DNA of 64,000 nucleotides from Octopus sinensis (lineage: Eukaryota): assembly GCF_006345805.1 (NCBI RefSeq), contig NC_043017.1:186001-250000 (forward strand), in the 5' to 3' direction. The translations under genes were made by a program, and so were the position numbers. Under the pieces are notes generated by a model that saw only the letters and a list, made by a program, of their open reading frames with translations, made no database searches and was not told the DNA's origin. Of this stretch, positions 23,568 through 37,417 are shown piece by piece. Position 1 is the first letter of the stretch. Every line of letters begins with the position of its first letter.

Positions 23568-24739
23568 TGTATACATATATATGTGTGTATTGAGATAGAC
23601 AGATAGACAGACAGACAGGCAGATAGATAGATAGATATACAGACTGAAGGGAGAGAGTGGAGAGAAAGTGGGTGGTAGGGAGATAGGACAGAAAGTGCAA
23701 AAGAAGCAGAGGGTATGTGAGTGGATAGAAAGGGTAAAACAGAACTGATGAGAGTGGCTAAGACATTATAGTAATATAGGAAACTATAGTATAGGTGAGG
23801 TGGGACCACTTCTGAAGACAATGCACAAAGCAGGGAGCGGAAATGGTGAGAAAGGAGCATTGGAAATTTCAGTCAGTCAGTGGTGGTGGTGGTTTTGACA
23901 ATTATGATGATGATGGCAGTGATGGAATTAATTTATGGAGGAGCCTTAGTGATGGTGGTGAGATGACTTGACAGGGAGTAGGTGGGGAGGACTGGAATTA
24001 ATTTGGGAAAGAGCTTTGGTGGAGGGGTGGAGGGTGGGGCTTCAGTGTTGGTGGAATTAATTTGTATGTGTGTGTGTGTGTGTGTGTGTGTGCAGGGGTG
24101 CTATATAGTTATTAGAAGTTATGGTGGTGGAGAGAGGAGTGGAGTGATAGTAAGAACAACAGAACAAGTGATGAAGGTGATGTTGACGATGATGATGGTG
24201 AAGGTGATGGCAATATGGAGCAATGATTCAGGTGGTTACATTGGTTAAGTGGAAAATGCAGGTGTAGGGTAGGGATGGCAATGGTGGTAGTTGGGAGGGG
24301 TGAGACAAGCCGGTGAGTGTCATTTGGTAATGGAGTGGATTAACTAAGAGCATCAAGGGTGATCGTCATGGTGGCAACAGTGGTGGTGGTGGTGTTAGCA
24401 GGGGCAGTGTGAGGGTGGGGAGGCAGTAAATAACACTACTAGTGGTACAGCATATGGCTGTGGTGATGATGATGATGGTGGTGGTTGATTACGTTGCTGT
24501 TGTTGATGATGATGATAGGGATGTAATATAGGTGTGTATAGGGGGGTTATAAATAGTATTTACTGGTAGCACTGAATCTGTTGGTTGTGAAGGGGGGGTG
24601 AACTTGGAAGTGGTGGTGGTGGTGATGTGGAAAGAGAATTTTACAAAGAATGTTAATTTTACTGGTGATGACAGTGGTGGTGTTGCATAGGCATTGGTAT
24701 TCTTGTTAGTGATGTTGGTGGTAATGAATATGTAAGTAG

Positions 24740-24879
24740 AATATGATAGATAGATAGATAGATAAATAGAGATAGAGAGAGAGAAAGAGAGATAGATAGA
24801 GAGATAGATAGAGAGAGAGAGAGAGGTGCTAATATTAATAAGAGAAGTGGAGAGTGGACAGATAGATAGATAGAGATAG

Positions 24880-24914
<35 letters not shown>

Positions 24915-25125
24915 TAAATAGATAGATAGACATATAAATAGAGAGATACATTGGTAGGTAGATAGATGGATAGGTAGATGAATAGACAGACAGACAGATG
25001 GGTAGGTAGATAAAGATATAAATAGGGAGGTAGATCAATAAATAGGTATGTGGGTAGATGGATAGACAGATATATAGACAGATTGATTGACTGATTGGTT
25101 GATTGATTGATTGGTTGATTGATTG
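24740..25125. repeat. (GATA)n/(GA)n/(GATT)n microsatellite
   Basis: Direct inspection. Confidence 0.9.
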
Positions 25126-25229
25126 AGTGCACCTTCAATACTGCATATGTGGATTTTTACAACTTTCCAAGAATCAAATGCTTCAAATCTCATGACAGAA
25201 TTTTCAAAATAACCATGGAATTTCCATGG

Positions 25230-25560
25230 GTAATGCTAGTAAAAATTAAATTTGTAGTTGAGAAGAATTTAACTAACATGGAGGACTTGAAGCCATTTGA
25301 ATGCTGGGAAAGAGTTACCTGTACTATGACAATATGCACCAGGTATCAAAATGCTGACATAATGACTACTGCTCAACATCCTGTGAACACTGTAATAGGC
25401 TGTGAGAGATGACATGGGCAGCTGCAATGGAGACGACAAATCTGTGACCAATAGGAAGAGACACAGCAAGAGATTCTGACTGCATCGACATGCCAGAATT
25501 CATTTCGGCTCAATTCAGATGGCTATGTGAACGGCTGGAGACTGTGGTTAATATCTCTTT
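25230..25560 (+). pseudogene. Highly decayed RTE-type RT C-terminal remnant
   Basis: LKPFECW...QLQWRRQI...RIHFG loosely resembles the RTE motif LxxFxxxCLR...QLRWxGHV...RxPK. Confidence 0.4.
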
Positions 25561-25614
25561 GGAGAGGATTGCTGCAGGAAGGCCATAGGTATGGTATCAG
25601 GATTTGGCTTCTTG

Positions 25615-25837
25615 CAGGGGCATAGCTAGGGTGGGACAAGCAGAGCACATGCCCTGGGTGCCATGATGATGTTGTGGAGGAGGGAGGGGGGGCAATTTTT
25701 GACCCAAATCATTTTTTAATTAATCCATTAAAAAAAAACAGTTATTCACTTTTCCTATGCATGTTTCTACTTTTTGCTGGGGGAGAGCACAATTTTGATG
25801 CTTGACCTGGGCACCATTTACCCTAGCTATGCCCCTG
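25615..25837. mobile_element. hAT-like MITE
   Basis: TIR CAGGGGCATAGCTAGGGT / ACCCTAGCTATGCCCCTG; flanking 8-mers GCTTCTTG and GCTCTTTG form a degenerate 8-bp TSD. Confidence 0.8.
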
Positions 25838-25894
25838 GCTCTTTGCCATACCTCCAGAAAGAATCAGAAGTGGTTGTTAGAAATTTTCTGACAC

Positions 25895-26160
25895 CAACAA
25901 TGCCAATTTCTGGCCTCCTAATTCCCCTGACTTAAATTCCATGGATTTATGTGTGAGGTGCAGTTGAGAAAGACACACCAAGTGCTCTGCTTGCAACACC
26001 AAAGCTGAACTTTGTGATGAAGATCAAGGATGTGTTTGAAGATCTTTCCAGGGACTCAGTGAAGAATGCATGTGCCAGGTTACATAGCTGTGTTGAGGCC
26101 CATGGTGGAAACTGACGACAGCTATTTGGAGGAAAATGTTATCTCCCAGCCATAATCAAG
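25895..26160 (+). pseudogene. Decayed mariner-like transposase 3' remnant
   Basis: FWPPNSPDLNSMD; similar to about 20290-20520. Confidence 0.7.
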
Positions 26161-26184
26161 TTGATATTTCTCTCTTTCTTTTTT

Positions 26185-26375
26185 CCCTCTTTTACTTGTT
26201 TCAATTTGACTGCAGCCATGCTGGAGCACCGCCTATAGACGAGCAAATCGACCCCAGGACATATTCTTTGGAAGCCTAGTACTTATTCTATCGGTCTCTT
26301 TTGCCAATTCGTTAAGTTACGGGGATGTAAACACACCAGCATCGGTTGTCAAGTGATGTTGGGGGACAAACGCAG

Positions 26376-26410
<35 letters not shown>

Positions 26411-26575
26411 CAACGAGCTTCTTTCAGTTTCTGTCTACCAAATCCACTCACAAGGCTTTGGTCAGCCCGATGCTATGGTAGAAGACACTTGCCCAAGGTG
26501 CCATGCAGTGGGAATGAACCTGGAACCATGTGGTTGGTAAGCAAACTACTTGCCACACAGCCACTCCTGTGCCTT
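26185..26575 (-). mobile_element. Full-length SINE family 1
   Basis: Head GGAGTGGCTGTGTGGCAAG, internal microsatellite and family tail. Confidence 0.85.
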
Positions 26576-26779
26576 TAATTTTTGTGTGGGATATTGTATT
26601 TCCTTTTCCCTTTCTGTAAACTGTCAAACTGAGCATTAACGCCGTACATATATGCGCACACACACACACGTGTGTATATATATATATATATATTAACACG
26701 TGTGTGTGAGTGCATATATATAGGGTGTTAATATATATATATTATCCAAATTGTACAGTATACATATCCATTATGACCA

Positions 26780-26866
26780 ATTTACCAATCGGTTTCGCAC
26801 TAAGGTTTTAACGGACTGTTAGGTAAAAAATCCAATTATGTAACCTTGTGCTCATTAGAGGTAGGT
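26780..26866 (-). ncRNA. Decayed hammerhead with long stem II (family F)
   Basis: CUAAUGA-GCAC AAGGUU...AACCUU A GUGC-GAAAC CGAUUGGUA. Confidence 0.55.
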
Positions 26867-27279
26867 GATATGGAATGATTGGCTACATCTGATGAATGCA
26901 GGGTTGCATTATCAGATTGTTACCTAAACCTCCACTGAATCCCTAGCATGAAACTGTTTGATGAGATTGAACATAATAGATATACAATACTGTACACTTC
27001 AGATAATAATATACCAACTCTATTGACAGATATACAAGTGCATTTTTCCCTGTCTCTTAGATGACTTATATATATATATATATATATATATGGGGTATGG
27101 GAGAGAGAAAAAGAGAGAGAAACATATACACAAATATGTAACATTAGGTCACTATGACCTTCAACATATTCCACTATACAAAGCATAATTCCTATATATA
27201 TATATATACTTATTGACTTACATAAGTATAAATCTATATTTATAAACCTCTCTCCCTACTTCACTCACTCGCTCACTCT

Positions 27280-27463
27280 ATGTATATCTATGTATGTATA
27301 GAAGAAACCTATGGAGATCATAAATAAATATATATATATATGATGTATGTATGTATATATACATACATACACACACACATACATACACATACCTACATGC
27401 AATATATATAATAATAATATATATATATCCTACATGCATAATATATATATATATTATATATAT

Positions 27464-27495
<32 letters not shown>

Positions 27496-27717
27496 CATAC
27501 ATGCATATATATATATATATACATACATACATGCATATATATATATATATACATACATACATGCATAATATATATATATATACATACATAATGCATATAT
27601 ATATATATATACATTACATACATATAGATATATATATATACATACATACAGACATATATATATATACATACATACATACATATATATATATATATACATA
27701 CATACATATATATATAT

Positions 27718-27748
<31 letters not shown>

Positions 27749-27920
27749 CATACATACATACATATATATATATATATACATACATAACATATATATATTA
27801 TATATATATACATACATACATATATATATATATATTACATACATATATATATTATATACATACATACAAGCATATATATATATATATACATACATACATA
27901 TATATATTATATATATATAT

Positions 27921-27954
<34 letters not shown>

Positions 27955-28248
27955 CATACAAGCATATATATAGATACATATACATACATACATGCATATA
28001 TATATATATACATACATACATACATGCATATATATATATATATACATACATACATACATGCATATATATATATATATACATACATACATGCATATATATA
28101 TATATATACATACATACATGCATATATATATATATATACATACATATTATATTATATATATTATACTACATGCATCTACATAATAGATAACATAATATAT
28201 ATATATATATATACATACATATATATATATATATATAATACATACATA

Positions 28249-28281
<33 letters not shown>

Positions 28282-28538
28282 TATATACATAACATATATA
28301 TATAATATATATATTATATATATACATACATGCATATATATAATATTACATACATATATGCATATATATATATATACATACATACATGCATATATATATA
28401 TATATATATACATACATATATATATATATACATACATGCATATATATATATATATATATATACTACATGCATATATATATATATATATATAATACATGCA
28501 TATATATATATAGATATATATATATATATATACATACA

Positions 28539-28578
<40 letters not shown>

Positions 28579-28716
28579 CATGCATATATATATATATATA
28601 TATATACATAATGCATTATTATATATATATATATATATACATACATGCATATAATATAATTATATATATATATATACATACATGCATATATATATATATA
28701 TATATATATACATACA

Positions 28717-28754
<38 letters not shown>

Positions 28755-28761
28755 CATGCAT

Positions 28762-28797
<36 letters not shown>

Positions 28798-28802
28798 GCA
28801 TA

Positions 28803-28835
<33 letters not shown>

Positions 28836-28869
28836 CATACATGCATATATATATATATATACATGCATC

Positions 28870-28903
<34 letters not shown>

Positions 28904-28928
28904 CATACATGCATATATAATATATACA

Positions 28929-28974
<46 letters not shown>

Positions 28975-29073
28975 CATGCATATTATATATATACATGCAT
29001 ATATATATATATATATATATATACATGCATATATATATATATATACATGCATATATATATTATATATACATGC

Positions 29074-29104
<31 letters not shown>

Positions 29105-29128
29105 CATGTGCATATATATATATATACA

Positions 29129-29172
<44 letters not shown>

Positions 29173-29212
29173 CAGGCATATATATATATATATATATATA
29201 CATACATGCTAT

Positions 29213-29246
<34 letters not shown>

Positions 29247-29976
29247 CATACATATACATACATGCATATATATATATATATACATGCATACATATACATA
29301 CATATAAATACACATACATGCATATATATACATACGTATAAATACACATACATGCATATACATACATACATATAAATACACATACATGCATATATATACA
29401 TACATATAAATACACATACATGCATATACATACATACATATAAATACACATACATGCATATATATACATACATATAAATACACATACATGCATATATATA
29501 CATACATATAAATACACATACATGCATATACATACATACATACATCATCATCATCTAACGTCCGTTATCCTTAGTGGCATGGTCTGACCAGAGCTAGTAA
29601 GCTGGAAGGCTGCACCAGACACCTGTTTGATTTGGCATGGTTCTCTATAGCTGGATGCCCTTCCTAATGCCAACCACTCAGAGAGAGTGTAATGGGGTTT
29701 TTTATGCACCATAGGGCATGGGTGCCAGTTATGCGTGACACCGGAATCTCCCACGACTGCTATTTTGCTTGGCTTGATGAGTCTTCTTCTGAAGCATGAC
29801 ATAATGCCAAAGGTTTCGGTCATAACGCTCCCAAAGGAACTCAGCCACTTGGCCTCCATGAGGATCGATGCTAGAATGGGACTATTTAAGGACCAGTGGA
29901 ATGACACCAACATCAGTCATGACCAGGATTTCAATTGACTTGATGGGTATTCTCAAGCAATATACACACACACACA

Positions 29977-30016
<40 letters not shown>

Positions 30017-30399
30017 TATATACATGCATATATATACATATATATATGTATATATATACATATATATATACATGCATATATATACATATATATATGTATA
30101 TATATACATATATATATACATGCATATATATACATATATGTATATAATACTTATGTATACATACATATATATGTATACATACATATATATGTATACATAC
30201 ATATATATACATACTTATGTATACATACATATATACATATATATATACATATATATATATACATGCATAAATATACATACATATACATACATACATATAT
30301 ATATCCATGCATAGATACACATACATATATATATATACACATAAATATATATATACATATACATACATACACATACATATATGCATGCATAGATATACA

Positions 30400-30430
<31 letters not shown>

Positions 30431-30458
30431 ATATATACATACATATATATACATATAC

Positions 30459-30491
<33 letters not shown>

Positions 30492-30754
30492 CATACATAT
30501 ATATATATATATATGCATGCATAGATATACATACATATACATACATATATATATACATATACATACATATATATATATACATACATATATATATATACAT
30601 ATACATATGCATGCATAGATATACATACATATACATACATATATATATATATATACATACATACATACATATATGCATGCATAGATATACATACATATAT
30701 ATATACATATATATATACATACATATATATATACATACATATATATATATATAT
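27280..30754. repeat. About 3.5-kb compound (TA)/(TACA)/(TGCA) microsatellite array, interrupted by a family 3 SINE (-) at about 29540-29950
   Basis: Recurrent unit CATACATGCA(TA)n. Confidence 0.95.
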
Positions 30755-31730
30755 AGGACACTAAACACCTGAGGACACTAAACACCTGCAATGTGAGCTG
30801 GACGAAATATACAAGTGGGCTGAAAAGAATACCATGCAGTTCAATGCTGGAAAGTTTCAAGCTTTATACTATCAGCATGCAAAACTGAATGCAATACCCA
30901 ATGAATACACTGGACCCGGAGGGATTGCAATCCCAGAGGCACAATCAGTGCGTGACCTGGGTATTCACATGAGTGATGACGCGACCTTTCATGTACATGT
31001 TGCTAAACTGACACTGAAATGTAGACGGCTGGCTGGATGGATTCTTAGAACCTTTAGAACAAGAGAACAAGAAACCATGATGGTCCTCTGGAAGACACTT
31101 GTCCTAAGCCACTTTGACTATTGCTCTCAGCTATGGTCACCATCCAGTGTCAAGTTGATCACAGAACTTGAGGCGACCCAACGAAGCTACACAAAGAGAT
31201 AGCCTCTATGCAGAATGTAAGCTACTGGGAAAGACTCAAGAGATTAAAATTATATTCCTGGAGCGTAGGCGGGAAAGATATGCCATAATATACATCTGGA
31301 AGATCCTGGAGGGAGGTGTCCTGAACTTTGGCATCGAGAGTTACGCAAATGCCAGAACTGGGCGCCACTGCGTGGTGCCTAGGACTCCAAACCTGCCATC
31401 AAGATGTAGGACAAGATTCTGTGATAGCCTGGGCTTCCGAGGCCCACAGCTCTTCAATATCCTCCCGAAGAACCTGAGAGACCAGCATGGGGTGGATACA
31501 GATGTCTTTAAAATGAAGCTGGATCTCTTCCTGTCAGGTGTCCCAGATGAACCAACTTCACGGCAGGAGGGGCAGATGAGGGCAGCTGCATCGAACTCTC
31601 TCATGCACCAAATAGCAGTTGCTAGAAAGCCTCCATGAAGTGAAACCAAGTAGCAACACCAAATGGCGGTGCCCCAGCATGGCCACAGCTCATAAGCTGA
31701 AACTAGAATCAATCAATCAATCAATCAATC
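30755..31730 (+). mobile_element. 5'-truncated CR1/L2-group LINE (RT C-terminus, 3' UTR, (AATC)n tail)
   Basis: ORFs 30834-31202 and 31168-31638 match the end of the 985-aa ORF, with a 1-bp deletion near 31197. Confidence 0.92.
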
Positions 31731-31734
31731 ATAC

Positions 31735-31767
<33 letters not shown>

Positions 31768-31769
31768 CA

Positions 31770-31838
<69 letters not shown>

Positions 31839-31842
31839 CCCA

Positions 31843-32080
31843 AAAAAAAGCAACAAGAATGGATCGGTAGATTAGTACAATTGTTTCATACTAAAAACAT
31901 TTAATTTCAAGCTGCAAATATTACAGCAAATATAATGTCAAGTATTCATCAGCTAAATCACATATAGGTTTTCCATATATTCTTAGAGAGTGTAAATATC
32001 CTTATGAAGTTATAACTTCATAAGGATATTTAGTATGAAACAATTGTACTAATCTACTGATCCATTCTTGTTGCTTTTTT
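31843..32080. mobile_element. Fold-back HHR element (family G) with a central 38-bp perfect palindrome
   Basis: About 52-bp arms at 31843-31895 and 32029-32080; palindrome at 31994-32031. Confidence 0.9.
31870..31959 (-). ncRNA. Type-I hammerhead ribozyme with canonical core and extended stem II
   Basis: GAUUUAG-CUGAUGA-AUACU...AGUAU-GAAAC AAUU GUA-CUAAUC. Confidence 0.85.
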
Positions 32081-32199
32081 CTTGATTATAATCACCCCAC
32101 ATAATTTTATGGTTAATACCATAAGGAATCTTGGTGCATCTAAGTTAAGTACCATATTCATTTGAATTCTTTTGAATCTTAATTGTTTTTGCTGAAATT

Positions 32200-32230
<31 letters not shown>

Positions 32231-32424
32231 CATACACATATATATATACATTCATACATATATATATATATATATACATTAATACATATATATATATATA
32301 TATATATATATTAATACATATATATATATACATTAATACATATATATATATATACATTAATACATATATATATATATACATTAATACATATATATATATA
32401 CATTAATACATCCACCTCACCTCG

Positions 32425-35382
32425 ATGCTCCTACTGAACATGAGAGGGCTGCAAACACTCAGTAACAGGACAAAAATCCCGTTCTTGAGAGACTTTGTTG
32501 CATGCAATCAAGCCTTATGCATAGCACTCACAGAAACGCACCTGAAACCGGACATAGCAGATGCGGAGTTACACATACCACAGTATGTTGTACTACGAAC
32601 CGACAGAAAAGAAAGGAGTCATGGAGGAGTTGCTATGTACATCCGTGAGGACCTCACACCCCAGGTCCTCTTGTCATACTCAAACTCGGTGTGTGACACA
32701 CTAATTGTACATGTAAGGCAACTTGATATAGTTGTGTGTGCTACATATCGCCCTCCAGATGCCCCAAGCCATGTGGGCAAGTTTGAAGACTGCCTTATAA
32801 AAATAGAAGTTCTAATCACATTAGAACAACACATAAGTGTACTTCTTATGGGAGACTTCAATCTACCCAATGTCAGATGGCCCGAGGGCCTTTCTCTCCC
32901 AGGAATGACAAGATGTGAACAAGGACAGGCGAGGTCCCTCCTGAACCTCATCAACACCCTGTACAGGGAGCAAGTAATACTCCAACCAACCAGGGCAAGT
33001 AACACACTGGATCTCTGCTTCACAAATGACATGGATCTCATCCATAATGTGAAAGTGACACTGACACTACTCTCGGATCACAACATGGTAGAGCTGACCA
33101 TGTACAGGCCAAAAGGGAGCACGGACATGCTGCCTACAAGAAACCCTCAGAATCTTTCCAGCTTGAACTACCATAAGGCAAACTGGAAACAAATTGAGAA
33201 AGAGATCCTCAAACAAAACTGGCCTAAATGTCTCTCCTCGCCAGACATCGACGTGAAACTTAAACAATTCATGTCTGTAATGCAAGCCATATGCTATAAA
33301 TGTGTCCCAGAGAGAAAGGCCACTGTACACAAGAACAAAATCCCCAGAGAGAGGAAAATTTTAATGAGATGGCGTACAAAAATTTCAAATCGCCTAAACA
33401 AACAGATTGAAAGCAGTGAAAAGTCCCGCCTAAAAATAAAACTGTTGGAAATTGAAAAATGTCTGCAACTCTCCCATGAAAAAGAAAGAGCAGACAAAGA
33501 AGCCTGGGCTATAGACAACATAAAATCTAACCCCAGAGCTTTCTACAGGTATGCCAAAGAAACAGCTACAGTGCACTGTAGAATAGGGCCACTCCTTGAA
33601 AAGGATGGCACACTTACAGGAAAACCAATGAGGGTAAGTGAAATACTGAATGAGCAATTCAAGAGTGTTTTCACTCCACCCCTTGGGCATCTCCAAATCA
33701 CCAATCCAACTGACTTCTTTACCACTGCAGATATAAAATCAGAGGCGGCGACGATAGATTACATCGATATAAAGGAAGACGATGTAATCAAGGCTATAGA
33801 TGAAATGAAAACAGACTCAGCTACTGGCCCCGATGGATTCCCGGCAATCCTCCTAAAAGCATGTAAGAGAGTCCTAGCAAGACCACTGCAGTTCCTCTTT
33901 CAGAGCTTCCTTGCAGCTGGCAAACTTCCAAGAAAACTGAAGGAAGGTAAAATATGCCCCATTCATAAAGGAGGTAGCAGAGCGGAGGCCAAGAACTACA
34001 GACCTATCTCTCTGACCTCACACATCAGCAAGGTCATGGAACGAATAGTCAGAAAGAAACTGATCACCTTCCTTGAAGAGAATGACTTGCTGCCCGACAC
34101 CCAACATGGTTTCCGACCAGGGAGAAGCTGTTTAACTCAGCTCCTACAACACTATGACTGGGTGCTGAAACGGCTGCTCAACCACTCAAATGTGGAAGTG
34201 ATATATCTCGACTTTGCAAAGGCCTTTGATAAAGTCGATCATGGAATGATATGTCACAAACTGCGTGATCTCAACATAGTTGGAAAACTGGGAGAATGGC
34301 TTCATGACTTTCTGAAAGATAGAAGTCAGGTGGTAGTAGCCAATGGGGCCACTTCCATTAACACGCAAATAGTGAGCGGTGTTCCGCAGGGCACTGTTCT
34401 GGCACCACTACTTTTCATAATGGCCCTCTCAGACATGCCCTCAGCCATGCAGAGAGCCACGATCACAAGTTATGCAGATGATACAAAAGTTTCACAGGCA
34501 ATACAGAACCCTGAGGACACTAAACGCCTGCAATGTGAGCTGGACAAAATATACAAGTGGGCTGAAAAGAATAGCATGCAGTTCAATGCTGAAAAGTTTC
34601 AAGCTTTATACTATCAGCATGCAAAACTAAATGCAATACCCAATGAATACACTGGACCCGGAGGAATAGCAATCCCAGAGGCACAATCAGTGCGTGACCT
34701 GGGTATTTACATGAGTGATGACGCAACCTTTCGTGTACATGTTGCTAAATTGGCAATGAAATGTAGACGACTGGCCGGATGGATTCTCAGAATCTTTAGA
34801 ACAAGACAACAAGAAACCATGATGGTCCTCTGGAGGACACTTGTCCTAAGCCACTTTGACTACTGCTCTCAGTTATGGTCACCATCCAGTGTCAAGTTGA
34901 TCACAGAGCTCGAGGCGATGCAGCGTAGCTACACAAAGAAGATAGCCTCTATGCAGAATGTAAGCTACTGGGAAAGACTCAAGAGATTAAAACTATATTC
35001 CTTGGAGCGTAGGCGGGAAAGATATGCCATAATATACATCTGGAAGATCCTGGAGGGGCGTGTCCCAAACTTTGGCATCGAGAGTTACACGAATGCCAGA
35101 ACTGGGCGCCACTGCGTGGTGCCTAGGACTCCAAATTTGCCATCAAGATGTAGGACAAGATACTGTGATAGCCTGGGCTTCCGAGGCCCACAGCTCTTCA
35201 ATATCCTCCCGAAGAACCTGAGAGACCTGCATGAGGTGGATGCAGATGTCTTTAAAATGAAACTGGATCTCTTCCTGTCAGGTGTCCCAGATGAACCAAC
35301 TTCACGGCAGGAGGTGCAGATGAGGCCAGCTGCATCGAACTCTCTCATGCACCAAATGGCAGTTGCTAAAAAGCTTTCGTGA
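32425..35382 (+). CDS. Intact LINE ORF2: APE endonuclease plus reverse transcriptase (CR1/L2-group-like, no RNase H seen)
   Basis: 985 aa uninterrupted. APE motifs LNMRGL, TETHL, YRPP, GDFN and SDH; RT motifs [24 protein letters not shown] and YADD. 3' UTR and (AATC)n tail to about 35466. Confidence 0.97.
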   Translation: MLLLNMRGLQTLSNRTKIPFLRDFVACNQALCIALTETHLKPDIADAELHIPQYVVLRTDRKERSHGGVAMYIREDLTPQVLLSYSNSVCDTLIVHVRQLDIVVCATYRPPDAPSHVGKFEDCLIKIEVLITLEQHISVLLMGDFNLPNVRWPEGLSLPGMTRCEQGQARSLLNLINTLYREQVILQPTRASNTLDLCFTNDMDLIHNVKVTLTLLSDHNMVELTMYRPKGSTDMLPTRNPQNLSSLNYHKANWKQIEKEILKQNWPKCLSSPDIDVKLKQFMSVMQAICYKCVPERKATVHKNKIPRERKILMRWRTKISNRLNKQIESSEKSRLKIKLLEIEKCLQLSHEKERADKEAWAIDNIKSNPRAFYRYAKETATVHCRIGPLLEKDGTLTGKPMRVSEILNEQFKSVFTPPLGHLQITNPTDFFTTADIKSEAATIDYIDIKEDDVIKAIDEMKTDSATGPDGFPAILLKACKRVLARPLQFLFQSFLAAGKLPRKLKEGKICPIHKGGSRAEAKNYRPISLTSHISKVMERIVRKKLITFLEENDLLPDTQHGFRPGRSCLTQLLQHYDWVLKRLLNHSNVEVIYLDFAKAFDKVDHGMICHKLRDLNIVGKLGEWLHDFLKDRSQVVVANGATSINTQIVSGVPQGTVLAPLLFIMALSDMPSAMQRATITSYADDTKVSQAIQNPEDTKRLQCELDKIYKWAEKNSMQFNAEKFQALYYQHAKLNAIPNEYTGPGGIAIPEAQSVRDLGIYMSDDATFRVHVAKLAMKCRRLAGWILRIFRTRQQETMMVLWRTLVLSHFDYCSQLWSPSSVKLITELEAMQRSYTKKIASMQNVSYWERLKRLKLYSLERRRERYAIIYIWKILEGRVPNFGIESYTNARTGRHCVVPRTPNLPSRCRTRYCDSLGFRGPQLFNILPKNLRDLHEVDADVFKMKLDLFLSGVPDEPTSRQEVQMRPAASNSLMHQMAVAKKLS

Positions 35383-35830
35383 AGTAAAACCAAGTAGCAA
35401 CACCAAATGGCGGTGCTCCAGCATGGCCACAGCTCATGAGCTGAAACTAGAATCAATCAATCAATCATATATATATATATACATTAATACATATATATAT
35501 ACATACATATATATATACATACATACATACATATATATACATACATACATATATATACATACATACATATATATACATACATACATACATACACACATAC
35601 ATACATACATATACATACATATATATACATATATATATACATACATATATATATATACATATGTATATATACATACACATATATATATACATATGTATAT
35701 ATACATACACATACATGTACATCTATATATATGTATACCTACATGTACATCTATATATATATATATGTATACCTACATATACATATCTATATATGCCTAC
35801 ATATACATATATCTATATATGCCTACATAT

Positions 35831-35861
<31 letters not shown>

Positions 35862-36284
35862 CACACACACACATACATACATACACATAAACAGACAAAG
35901 CCCGCATTTACTGTAGGTAATTGGTGCATACATTTGTGATTTCTGTGAAATTTGTAACTTGCCTAATTCTGTCTCCATAAATAATCTCACAGATTAATGT
36001 TGTTGTTGTTGTTTTGAATTCTTCACTCATGCAACACTTTGATGCTTTCATACTTCAAATGGACATCAAAACATGTTATTTGAAATACAAATGTCTAAAT
36101 TCCACCCTTCACTCACACACTTTTTTCCTTACAGCTAATTCTCCATCTGTCTCTTTGTTGATCTATCTATACATATGTATGTTTGCATGTATGCGTGTAT
36201 GTATGTATGTCTGTATGTATTCATACAGATATACACACACGTACACTCAAGTATATATATATAAACGCACACACACACATATAG

Positions 36285-36982
36285 GTGTAGGTGTGACTGT
36301 GTGGTAAGACACTTCCTTCCCAATCACATGGTTCCGGGTTCAGTCCCACTGTGTGGCACCTTGGGCAAGTGTCTTCTACTATATCCTCAGGCCAACCAAT
36401 GCCTTGTGAGTGAATTTGGTAGATGTTGGAGTGTTCACATCCCCGTAACTAAGTGGTTCAACAAAAGAGACTGATAGAATATGTACTAGGATTTAAAAAA
36501 GTCTTTGGGGGAAATCCTTCAAAGCAGTACTCCAGCATGGCCTCAGTCAAATGACTGAAACAAGAAAAGGAATAAAAGAGAGTGGCTGTATGGTAAGAAG
36601 CTTGTTTCTCAACCACATGGTTCCAGGTTCAGTCCCACTGCGTGGCACCTTGGGCAAGAGTCTTCTACTATAGCCTTGGTCTGACCAAAGCCTTGTGAGT
36701 GAATTTGGTAGACAGAAACTGAGAGAAGCCTGTCCTGTGTGTGTGTGTGTATGTATATATATATATATTTATGTGTGTGTTTGTCCCCCCCACCACCACC
36801 ACCATAGCTTGACAACCGATGTTGGTGTTTTTACATCACTGTCACATTAGCGGTTCAGCAAAAAAGAGACCGATAGAATAAGTACTAGGCTTACAAAGAA
36901 CAAGTCCTGGAGTCCAGTTGTTCAACTAAAAGGTGGTGCTCCAGCATGGCCAGTCAAATGACTGAAACAAGTAAAAGAGTAA
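36285..36982 (+). mobile_element. Two tandem SINE family 1 copies (about 36285-36580 and 36583-36982)
   Basis: Heads GTGGYTGTRTGGTAAG and GGTTCAGTCCC; tails CCAGCATGGCC..CAGTCAAATGACTGAAAC. Confidence 0.85.
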
Positions 36983-37384
36983 ATTACAGAAGACTCCCAC
37001 CAACTGAAATATAAACGATCAAAACCAACTAAATTTGCTCCCTCATAAAACCATTACGTGTAAACCGCAAGCTGATTGGTTACAATAAAGTGGGGGTCTA
37101 TGCCAGTGATATGAGTACGCCTGAGAAACGAAGTTTAAGCTGCATGTGGTTTGGTGAAAACCCTATTCTAGAAATCCAGCTTATTGGATTTTTCGAAGAG
37201 GTATAGAAAGAAAGAAGTCAGTCATTTAACTACAGTTGTCAAGAACTCAACTGTCAAATAAATACATATTTTGAAACCTGAGGATTACTACGAACATATG
37301 AAAGTGCTGTTTGAACTTTATTCAACTGATATGTTCTATACACATTTACACAAATTCAAAAAGTGTGTATATACACACACACAC

Positions 37385-37417
<33 letters not shown>

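Noticed and set aside
23600-24660. G-rich stretch with G-quadruplex potential (also the C-rich 50985-51150)
   Set aside because: Ordinary degenerate (GGT)/(GA) low complexity with no specific organisation.
27278-30860. Dozens of long IYIY/YTHT/MYVC ORFs (also at 9.4-10.3, 58.7-60.9 and 62.7-64 kb)
   Set aside because: Translations of stop-poor (TA)/(CA)/(TG) microsatellites; not genes.
36122-36180. Strong splice acceptor TTTTTTCCTTACAG
   Set aside because: The downstream frame runs into a microsatellite with no convincing donor.
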